Below are positions 14,146 to 23,707 of a DNA stretch of 64,000 nt, one piece after another. Numbering within the stretch: the stretch's first letter is position 1; each line of letters begins with the position of its first letter. The notes under the pieces are model-generated. The model had not been told where the DNA came from. It saw only the letters and a program-made list of their open reading frames with translations, and searched no databases. A program made the translations under genes and the position numbers. Source of the DNA: Azolla caroliniana (Eukaryota; Plantae; Polypodiophyta); NCBI GenBank assembly GCA_043228905.1, contig JBHGNT010000009.1:1488001-1552000 (forward strand), read 5' to 3'.

Positions 14146-14706
14146 TTATTGTGTAGTGTCTTCAGTACTCCCCCTCGAGCTTGGCAGGTCAGGGATCGTC
14201 AATTCGAGATTGGTCATAAATTGCCATAGCTTGTCGGCTCCTGAGGCTTTAGTGAGGACGTAGTCCGTTTGGAGATTGGTGCCAATGTGTTGTAGGTCAA
14301 CATCGCCAGCTAGAACGCGCTCGCGGATGTAGTGATAGTGCACTTCGATGTGCTTTGTCCGCGCGTGGAACACCGGGTTCCGAGCCAGATAGATATTGCT
14401 CATGTTGTCGCAGTAAAGGAAAGTCGGATCCTTGATGGGTACACCCAAATCCTTGAGTATCCTTTTGAGCCATATGGCTTCACATGCAGCCACTACCGCG
14501 CCCCTGTATTTCGTCTCTGTGCTCGAAAGAGCGACGATTGGTTGTTTTTTGTTGCTCCAGGATATTGCTCCACTACCGAGGGAAAAAACAAATCCAGAGG
14601 TTGATCTTCTATCGGCTTCGTAGTCGGCCTAATCGACGTTTGTGTACCCCTCGAGACGTATTGGCATCGTGGTCTTGTAGAGGATGCCGCAATCCATTGT
14701 GCCGCT
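14146..14706 (-). pseudogene. Element C RNaseH part of pol
   Basis: [39 protein letters not shown]; separated from RT by element D. Confidence 0.9.
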
Positions 14707-15440
14707 CAAGTTGTCATGAAGAAAACCGTCCCCAGGCGCAAACCGTGTATAGCGTGTGTGAACCGGCCCTTACACGTGGGCACGCCCCATGTTGTATAGT
14801 AGATAGGTAGGCACAAAAGTCGAATCCTAGGTAGCAATATTCTATAGGGAGAATCGAGGAGTATCTCTGTCTGAAAGGACAGAGAATTAATGTGATGTAA
14901 ACGGGTGAAACGGCCTCCCTCCTTGAGCTATAAAAGAGAGGGAGACAGGGAGAGAAGGTATCGCGCGCTAGAGGGGACGAAGTGCTGTCGGACTAGGACC
15001 GAGCTCTTCTTCTTTGTCGTTCTCCATAGCTTTCTTTTGCGTAGGTTCTCAGGAGGCTGATTCTGCTCCGTGGAACGCCCGTGTGCTTCCGGCAGAATCT
15101 CCATCTTGCTCCCCTGTGTGCGTGGGTGATCAGGCGTCGGCATCCATCTCGCCGACCTGATCGGTTGTAACCGTTCGAGTCGTCCGCATACATACAAATA
15201 CATACATATTTTTATATACATACGCTAGTGTTCTCAACTTGTGTCTCCTGTGTTGATTGGGCTGCGTCCCTGTGCGCTTCTTTGTCTATACATGTGTGAG
15301 CGTCTCTCTCTTTCTCCCTCTTTTCTCACCTATTCCTCAGTCCAAGACCCCAGTGGTCCCGCCTTGTTCTCCACGCACGCGCGTAGCAACTCGACATCTT
15401 TTGGTGAACCCGACGTGAACAGGCAGTAGAGGAGTAGAAG

Positions 15441-17280
15441 ATGAGGGGGTTGGACCTCGCAGAAGCCATGGCTTCGGCTGTGGATCGTATAGTGAGTGCG
15501 CGCGAAAGCACCGACGCCCTTGATAGGGCTATCGAGGCGGTTGTCGGTACGATTGGTCGGTTTAGTGGGAAGGATGCCACGAGCTACTTGGCGTCCTACC
15601 GGGCTGAGATGGTAATGAGGGACATTCCGAAAGAGAGGGGCCTAGCCGGATTCCCTCGAGTGGCGATGTCGGGCATCCATACAGAGGTGCTCGAGGTACG
15701 GGTCGAGAGCCAGACCTAGGAGGAGTTCGAAGGTCGGCTCCTCGAAAAATACGGGCTTGAAGATGCGCTTCGACTTTCGAAGCGGGACTTCATGGAGTGG
15801 GTGGAGACCCCCAACAAAGGAAGGAACGCGTCGGTGCTCCTCCGGGAGTTTGAGGAACGCTTCGCGCGCCTCTCGGTGCTTGACCAGACCATTCTGGACA
15901 CAAGTCGTGTCCTATTGTTTGTTAAGTCAGTTGACGAGCGGGATCGAGAGCAAGTAGGCCTCCTATTGGAGACTGATGACGGGCTGACGGTCGACTGGGC
16001 CGTGGTGAAGAGGGTCTGTGGCCGTTTTGACAAACGGCGGGAATGGGTTGACAAAGGATCGACAGGGGCGGGCTCTGTCGCAGCAAGGAAGCTCGAGCCA
16101 ACACCACCAACGCGAAGGGAAGAGACCCGAGATTGGCTCGAGACCGGATCGGCTTCGATCGGCATGGTCAAGGGCTCGCCCGGGGAAGCAGCTCTGGAGG
16201 AACTGACGTGGATGGTAAAGGATCTCCAGATCGCCCAGGCACAGAGGGACGGTGGCGAACAGGCCCGTGACCGACGACCTCTGACTGGAAACAGGTGCAT
16301 GTGGTGTGATGCGGTTGGCCACATCCGGAAGGACTGCGGGGACTTCGCCAAGGCGATGAGAAGCATCATGGTTTACCTGTGGAACGGTCAGGTGCACGCC
16401 AGCAAGACCCGAAGGCCCCTGGACCTGAACATCGGGCGAGGAGGTATGAAAAGGCTGATGGAGGAGGCGGCGGCTCATCACGTGGAGACTGTCCACTACT
16501 CGGCGTCAACTGGTATTCGGGTCGGAGGTGGCGAGGCCCCGATGACGAACAAAGCGGGGTTCTGGCCGACGATGCTAGAAGGCCTCATTGGCGCACGACT
16601 AAGGAAAGAAGAGGTAGACCGCGCGGAAAAACGGGTCCGGGAGGTAACCGGGTGGAGTGACCCAGTGGAAGAAAAGACGGGCTTCGTCGAAGCCGCTTGT
16701 CAAAACTACGAGGCTCTGGTGGAGGACAAGCGGGTAGGAAAAACCGGAGGGGTCGGGCCCTCGCAACGATATGAAACTCGATTCGGACAAAGGTAGAATG
16801 AGGCCGGTGTAACCGGCGCCCAGGATAATCCCAAGAAGGGCGGGTACCGGCTGGGCACAGAAATCGAAAGATCCACGGACCTGCGAAAGGTCCTGGAAGA
16901 ACGAATCCTCGACAACAAGGTGGAACTGTCGCTGAGGGAAGTGCTCAGGATTGCCAAGAAGGAGTTCCACGACTCCATCGTAGACTTGGTGAAGAGGAAG
17001 AGGCTGTCGAAGGAGATAGAACCGGAGAAGCTGGTGGAGGTGCAGACGACACACATAGAGGACATGGCACTGGAAGATGAGTTGGCGGAGAGCCACTATT
17101 TGAGGCCGCACTGGGCCAGAGCAACCACGGAGACCCCCGTGAAGATCGGAGATGTTCATGAACCGGTGGTGGCGTTGGTGGACCACGGTTCAGAAATCAA
17201 TTTGATGTCCATGGACTTCTACAAGAAAGGGAAATGGCCGATCAACACCAAGCACGGGTGGAAAATACGGGCAGCGACGC
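15441..17280 (+). pseudogene. Element D gag-protease, 5' part (continues at 24564-24850)
   Basis: CMWCDAVGHIRKDC zinc knuckle and LVDHGSEINLM protease motif; in-frame stops; split by E within AATRAT. Confidence 0.88.
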
Positions 17281-18160
17281 TGTCGGGGTTGCTACGCCCT
17301 TGCGTGCAGAAAGGAGGAGGGACCACGGGGGTCTCGGACCGAAGAGCAAGAGAGAGAGAAGTAAGAGAGATAGACCCGATTACACAGAACCGAAGATTGC
17401 ACAGGGACACGGCCCAACAAACAGAGATCACAAATAAACGCCGACGCAGATGGACGCAACAACGAAAGATATGTACTTATGAATGCAAGAAAATAACAGA
17501 CTAAAGTATTACAACCCACGGTGGGGCACGAAATAGATACTAACGAAAACGAACAGGGCGGCGAACAGATGCCGACCCCTGTATGTCGCGACGCACAGAA
17601 AGGGGAAAACAGGTCGGAGGTGCTGCAGGACGCACTCGGGGCGTTCCACGGAACAGCACAAGCCTCCTCGAAACCTGCACAGGTACGCGATGGAGCAGAA
17701 GACAGAGAAAGCGGGAGTGAGAGAGAAGCCCCGAAATCGGTTCGGCAGCACTTCGTCCTCTCCGTGCGAGATCCCTGCAACAGCTCTTTCCTGCTCCTTA
17801 TATAGGCCGTTGAGCAGGCCTTCCTGTCAGCTTTATTCCCTGTCCCTTTTGTCAGGGATCTCCTCCGTTCTGCACGCATCCGCGTAGTTACGCCGCCGAC
17901 TCGTACAGTTCGCGCGCGTGACCGAAAAGACTGTTCGCGCGGTCTTTGTCTTCACTCGTGTTAGGGCCCGTTCCTGCCGATTATCCTCCTAATTCGATTC
18001 TATGTACAACTTGGAGCGTGCGCGTGTGAAGAACCGGTTCCTACGCCCCGGTGCGCCGATTTCGCTTAGGGACGGTTTTCTTCACGACATCCGCCCCCAC
18101 CTAACCGCGCATCCTCCGGTATGCGCCAAGAGAGTTGGGACGGAGAAAACCGGCCCGTCT

Positions 18161-21100
18161 TCATTCCTCGCCCGTCGGTTCTTCCTCGTTTTCGGATCGT
18201 TCGTCACTGCCGACCAGGAGAGCCGGGTCGGGCTCGTCGTCGTGTCGCTTCTTGAACGCTTTGATCCGCTTCCCTGCAACCGGTATCGCCATTCTCGTGC
18301 CGTCGAGTTCCGCCAGGTGATATGTCCCGTTGCCATTGGCGCTCCGTACCGCGTAAGGCCCAAACCACCTTCGTGCGAACTTCCGTGTGGCTCGGTGCTG
18401 GTTGTCGAGGCTGCTGTCGTAGACGAGCACCCAGTCACCTTCTTCGATTTTCTTCGGTCGGAGCCGGTGCGTTCGGTCGAACCTGGCTTTGTTCTTTGCC
18501 CTCGCCACCCGGAGCCTCTCCGTAGCCAGTTCCACGTCCTCCGGTCTCCGCTCGAGTTGTCGTATACGCGCGGCCAACAACTCCTCCCGGCTCATCTCGT
18601 CCCTCCAATCGACCGTTGCCCATGAGGGGATCGTCCGTTCCATTGGCATGATCGGCTTCTGGCCGAACATGAGCTCCGTCGGCATGTACCCGGTTACCGA
18701 ACTGTGCGTGGTCCGGTCTGCCCACAAAGCATAAGGTAGCAGCCGCGGCCAGTTACCGACTTGGCCTCCGCATGCCCGAACCAACGCCTTGACGATCGGC
18801 CCGTGTCCGCGCTCCACCTTCCCATTCGCCTCCGGATTGTACGCAGTGGTGAGCGAGAGCTTAACTCCGAGCCGGTCGAATAGCTCCGCGGCTTCTTCGG
18901 CGTCCAACTCCCCTCGATCAGCCACGATCTTCCCGACGCACCCGTACCGGCATATCACGTCCTCGATTAGGAACCGGCATACGGCCGTGGTCGTTTTGTT
19001 CGGAAGGGCCCGGCCTTCCACCTGGTTCATCAGATCCTCCCGCGCTAGGACCAGGTACCGCATCTGTCCTACCCCCATTGGCATCGTCACCAGATCTACC
19101 ATCCATTTGAAGTGGATGGTCGGAGGGTACGTGGGGTGAAGCTCGTCCCGATGTCGGACTATGGAGTGCATCTGACAGCTCTCGCAAGTTGTCACGAACC
19201 GATGCACGTCCCGGTACTGCCCCGGCCACCAATACTTCCCCTTCAGTTTCTCAAACGTAGCCCATGTCCCACGGTGTCCAGCCCAAGGGCTGTCGTGGTA
19301 GGCCGTCAGCAGCTCCTCCTGTTCTTCCTTCATCGCCACCACCCGGAGCGGAGCGCCGTCCCTCTTCTTCGGGTGCTTCCACAAATGCCCATCTCGGAGA
19401 AAGAATCGATATGCTTTCTTCCGGATCCGGTTGGCCTCGTCCTTCGTCCATGACGCATCGGGCGTCATTGTCTTCAAAAACCCGCCGATCTGCAGCCACT
19501 CCCCGTCGTACTTGCTCGCGTCGAACTCGTTAAGCGCCGGAGTGCTCATCCCGTCGGTCGTTACGTATGCTGCCTCGAAGAAATCCACGCCGACTTCTTC
19601 GTCTTCCGAAACCATGCCGCCCTCGTCGTCGAACCTCGCCCTCGAAAGCATGTCGGCCATGGCGTTGTCTTTCCCGGAAATGTGTCGTATTTCCGGGTCC
19701 AGGGACTTGATGTACGCTATCCACCTGAGCATCGCCAGGTCCGGAGTCGCGCATCCGGAAACCATACCGAGAATCGGCAGGCAATCCGTCTCGATGATCA
19801 CTTCTGTCCCTATCAGGTAGTCTTTGTCGGCCTTAACCGCCGAAACAATACCCCAGAGTTCGCGTTTAACCTGGGCGTATCCTCGCTGCCGTTCACTGAG
19901 GACTTTCGCGCCGAATCGGATCGGAAACCGATCGCCGTCCTCGTCTTCCTGGTTCACGACCCATCCGATCCCGGTCGGACTGGTATCCACCGTTATGAAT
20001 ACCGGGGTACCCTTCCCGTATACCGCCTTCCGGAGTGCCGGTGCCGCTGCAAGGGCCTCTTTCAGCTTCCGGACCGATTCCGCGTGCTCGTCTAGCCATT
20101 CGAACCTTCGCCCCTTTTTCAGCAACCCGTACAGTGGCTCCGCGACGTGTGCGTAATGCGGGATCCATATGTGGTAGAACGCGCATGCCCCCAGGAATCT
20201 CCGTACTTCCGTGACCGAGCTGCAGTCGGGCTTCATCGCGGAGATGGCTTCTACCTTTGCCGGAGACGGTTTCCGGCCATATGGTCCGCACAGGTGTCCG
20301 ACCACCATGATTTCTGACTGCCCGAAGGCCGACTTCTCCCCGGAGAAGGTGAGTCTCGCATCCTCTAGCCTTTGCAGCACCTTCTCGCAGTCGTCGATGT
20401 GCGTCGCCACGAATCGCCGGCATCCGTCCGGCCCGATCGTCTCGTCCTTTTCTTCCACCGGGCATCCCTTGATCGGGATGTCGTCCAGAAACGGCATGGT
20501 GATGTCCGGGATACAGTCCCTCAGAACCTTGTTCATCGCATTCACCATGTGGGCCACCGAGTTGGTCCCTCCTTGCGGCAGTGTACACATCCGAACTAGG
20601 CCGAGGGGAGTTCGCATCGTCGTGATGTCTCTGCTCTCCACGGCTAGCTGGAACTGGTCGTACCCTGAGTATAGATCCCCGACCGAGTAAATTGACCTTC
20701 CGGCGAAGGCCTCCGCGAACTCGTCTATGGTCGGTCCGATCCCTGCGTTCCGAATGGTCACTCGATTGACCGGCTGCAGGTCCTGGATGAAGCGCAACGA
20801 ACCGTTTTTCTTCGGTACGGTAAACCATCGATTCGAATATGGGGCGCTCGACGGCTCGAGAATTCCCATATCAACTTTCTGCCTCAGCAGCTCCATCAAC
20901 TTCGGGATGTGAGCTCTCGGAACCGGGATTGGCTTGAGATTCCATGGTACATGCGGTACCGTGAATATCACCATCGGCTCCACGATCGTCGGGTCAACGC
21001 ACCCGATTTCCTCCGGCGAGAATGCGAAGGCTTTCCCGTGCCTTCCGAGCATTCTCCGAAACCGGTCTTCCTCCGCCGGCAGTAGGAACCCGCCCCCACC

Positions 21101-21658
21101 GATTTTGAGCTCTCGGAGCGTCTCGTCGGTGAAGGTGTGTCCTATGCAGGCCGGATCTCGTAGACTAGGGTCCGATGCAACCCCTTTGATTCTCGACGCG
21201 CTGTCCTCCGGTAGGGGTGCCGCGACTGGCCTTACCTTCCGGTCCACAGTCTTGTACTTGGTGCTTACGTGGGCCGTCCGAACTGACTCGAGCCCTCGAC
21301 CGAAGTCCGCGATGACTCCGTACATCTCCTCGGAACACACCGGTATCGTCCGGTCTTCGTTAAGGCCTTCTTCGACTACCTTTCCCAGCATTCCCAAGGT
21401 GTCGTCGAATGAGACCGCCTCCACGGCTCCGTTGATTTCCTCGTCAGGGCCGAGAACTCCGCACGCTCGAAGTCTCCCCTCCGCCTTTGTCTTCTCTCGG
21501 CCGCCGATGCCGACTATCGTACACGCTCCGCTGTCGGAGAACAAAAATTCCCTACCTATGGTACAAGGTTTCTTTGGTTTTATCGTACAGGTGTGGGGTT
21601 TTCCCGGGGTGTCCGGACTGTCGCGGCCCCACGTCTTGGCAGCCCTCTCTAAAAATCC
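18161..21658 (-). CDS. Element E pol (RT-RNaseH-integrase), intact, in the -1 frame relative to gag-PR
   Basis: The 1127-aa ORF has LPQG/FLDD (RT), VDTSPTGIG (RH), HHCC zinc finger and DDE integrase. The frame stays open upstream to the GGATTTT heptamer at 21652-21658. Confidence 0.9.
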   Translation of the reverse strand, partial: GFLERAAKTWGRDSPDTPGKPHTCTIKPKKPCTIGREFLFSDSGACTIVGIGGREKTKAEGRLRACGVLGPDEEINGAVEAVSFDDTLGMLGKVVEEGLNEDRTIPVCSEEMYGVIADFGRGLESVRTAHVSTKYKTVDRKVRPVAAPLPEDSASRIKGVASDPSLRDPACIGHTFTDETLRELKIGGGGFLLPAEEDRFRRMLGRHGKAFAFSPEEIGCVDPTIVEPMVIFTVPHVPWNLKPIPVPRAHIPKLMELLRQKVDMGILEPSSAPYSNRWFTVPKKNGSLRFIQDLQPVNRVTIRNAGIGPTIDEFAEAFAGRSIYSVGDLYSGYDQFQLAVESRDITTMRTPLGLVRMCTLPQGGTNSVAHMVNAMNKVLRDCIPDITMPFLDDIPIKGCPVEEKDETIGPDGCRRFVATHIDDCEKVLQRLEDARLTFSGEKSAFGQSEIMVVGHLCGPYGRKPSPAKVEAISAMKPDCSSVTEVRRFLGACAFYHIWIPHYAHVAEPLYGLLKKGRRFEWLDEHAESVRKLKEALAAAPALRKAVYGKGTPVFITVDTSPTGIGWVVNQEDEDGDRFPIRFGAKVLSERQRGYAQVKRELWGIVSAVKADKDYLIGTEVIIETDCLPILGMVSGCATPDLAMLRWIAYIKSLDPEIRHISGKDNAMADMLSRARFDDEGGMVSEDEEVGVDFFEAAYVTTDGMSTPALNEFDASKYDGEWLQIGGFLKTMTPDASWTKDEANRIRKKAYRFFLRDGHLWKHPKKRDGAPLRVVAMKEEQEELLTAYHDSPWAGHRGTWATFEKLKGKYWWPGQYRDVHRFVTTCESCQMHSIVRHRDELHPTYPPTIHFKWMVDLVTMPMGVGQMRYLVLAREDLMNQVEGRALPNKTTTAVCRFLIEDVICRYGCVGKIVADRGELDAEEAAELFDRLGVKLSLTTAYNPEANGKVERGHGPIVKALVRACGGQVGNWPRLLPYALWADRTTHSSVTGYMPTELMFGQKPIMPMERTIPSWATVDWRDEMSREELLAARIRQLERRPEDVELATERLRVARAKNKARFDRTHRLRPKKIEEGDWVLVYDSSLDNQHRATRKFARRWFGPYAVRSANGNGTYHLAELDGTRMAIPVAGKRIKAFKKRHDDEPDPALLVGSDERSENEEEPTGEE

Positions 21659-23707
21659 TCTCGGTTATCGGAACCGAGGGAGTCGCGGTTACGCTCGTGG
21701 TTCGGCCTAACCGTCAAAAACTGGACCGAATGGCGCCCGTCCTGGCTCTTGACCCGCGCATAGGCCGAACCATTGTCCAGCACCTTGGTCTCCATTCGCG
21801 CCGCCGTGATGTACGGCTCTCCCAGTATGACCGGATGCGAAGACGTCTCCTGCACGAAGAAGTGCTGGTCAATCTCGACGTCGCCGATCTTGACTCGCAC
21901 ATTCGGACAGGCCCCGTGCAGTTCCTCGGTGGCGCGCGTTGCTGCCCTTATTTTCCACCCGTGCTTGGTGTTGATCGGCCATTTGCCCTTCTTATAGAAG
22001 TCCATGGACATCAAATTGATCTCCGATCCGTGGTCTACCAAAGCTATCACCGGTTCCTGGACATCGCCGATCTTCACCGGGGTTTCCGTGGTCGCTCGGG
22101 CCCAGTGCGGTCTCGAATAGTGGCTTTCCGCCCACTCGTCTCCCAGCGCCATGTCGTCTAGGTGCGTCGTCCGCACTTCCACCGGTCTTTCCGGTTCTAT
22201 CTCCGCTGAGAACCTCTTCCGTTTCACCAAGTCCACGATGGAGTCGTGGAACTCCTTCTTGGCGATTCCCAGCACCTCCCGTAGCGACAGCTCCACCTTG
22301 CTGTCGAGGATCCGTTCCTCCAGGACCTTTCGTAAGTCCGTGGTTCTTTCTATCTCCGTCCCCAGACGGTACCCGCCCTTCTGGGGTTTATCTTGCGTAC
22401 CGGCCCCGCCGGCTTCGTCCCGTCGTGGCCTGGACCGGGTCTCGCATCGTTGTGAGGGCCCGGTCGTCCCGGGTTTCCCCACCCGCTTCTCTTCTACCAG
22501 AGCCTCGTAGTTCTGGCAAGCGGCTTCCACGAAGCCCGTCCTTTCCTCGACCGGGTCGCTCCACCCGGTCATCTCCCGTACCCGTTTCTCCGCACGGTCC
22601 GATTCCTCCCCTTTAAGCCTTGCACCGGCAAGGCCTTCCAGCATCGTCGGCCAGAATCCGGCTTTGCTTTCCCTTCGGGCCTCGCCGCCCCCGACTCGAA
22701 TGCCGGCCGACGCCGAGTAGTGGACGGTTTCCGCGTGTCGGGCCGCCGCCTCTTCCATCACCCTTTTCATACCACCCTTTCCGTCGTTTCGGCTCAGGGC
22801 CCTTCAGGTGTCGCTGGCATGCACCCGTCCTTCCCACAGGGCACCACATGCACCTGTTTCCTGCCGCCGGCCGTCGGTCACGAGCCGGTTCGCCCCCTTC
22901 CCTTCGGGCCTGCGCGATTTGGAGGCCCTTTATCGCCTTCGTCAATTCCTCCAGCGCCGCTCCTCCGGTTGAGCCTCTGACTACGCCGGTCGAAGCCGAA
23001 CCGGTATCCAACCACTCTCGGGTCTCTTCCTTTCGCACCTGTGGCGCTGGATCGAGCTTCCTTGCTGCGACCGAGCCCGACCCGGTTGCACCGTTATCCG
23101 CCCATTCTCGCCGTTTGTCGAAACGGCCACAGACCTTCCTGACAGCCGCCCAGTCCGTAGTGAGCCCGTCTTCGGTTTCCAGCAAGAGGCCCACGTGCTC
23201 CCGATCCCGTTCGTCGACCGACTTGACAAACAGCAAGACCCGGCTCGTGTCCAGGATGGTTCGGTCGAGCGCCGAAAGGCGCGCAAAGTTTTCCTCGAAC
23301 TCCCGGAGGAGCGCCGACGCGTTTCTTCCCTTCCCCGGGGACTCCACCCATTCCATGAACCTTCGCTTCGAAAGCCGGAGCGCGTCGTCCAGCCCGTATT
23401 TCTCTAGGAGCCGACCTTCGAACTCCTCCCAGGTACGGCTCTCCGTCCGCACCTCGAGCACCTCCGCATGGATGCTCGGCATCGCCACTCGGGGAAATCC
23501 GGCAAGACGCCTTTCTTCCGGAATGTCCCGCATCAGCATCTCTGCACCGTAGGACGCCAAATACTTCGTGGCATCCTTCCCATCGAACCGGCCGATCGTG
23601 CCGACGACCGCCTCAATAGCTCTGTCGAGGGCACCGGTGCTCTCGCGCGCGTTTACAATCCGATCCACGGCCGAAGCCATGGCCTCTGCGAGATCCGACC
23701 CCCTCAT
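21649..23707 (-). pseudogene. Element E gag-protease ORF, broken by a deletion of about 68 bp in the zinc knuckle
   Basis: Colinear with D gag-PR. CMWC is followed by a deletion and frameshift at about 22841, plus a TGA where D has CGA. Ends REDF*. Confidence 0.85.

Noticed and set aside
17292-17887. Identical duplicated ORFs (195, 94, 80 and 65 aa) at 17.3-17.9 kb and 23.8-24.4 kb
   Set aside because: They lie in the two LTRs of element E; identity reflects LTR youth, not genes.
20934-21710. Long antisense ORFs over D/E gag-pol (for example 20934-21710, 22620-23552, 24747-25562), homologous in both elements
   Set aside because: Expected shadows of GC-rich coding sequence; Ser/Arg-rich, with no recognisable domain or independent expression signal.
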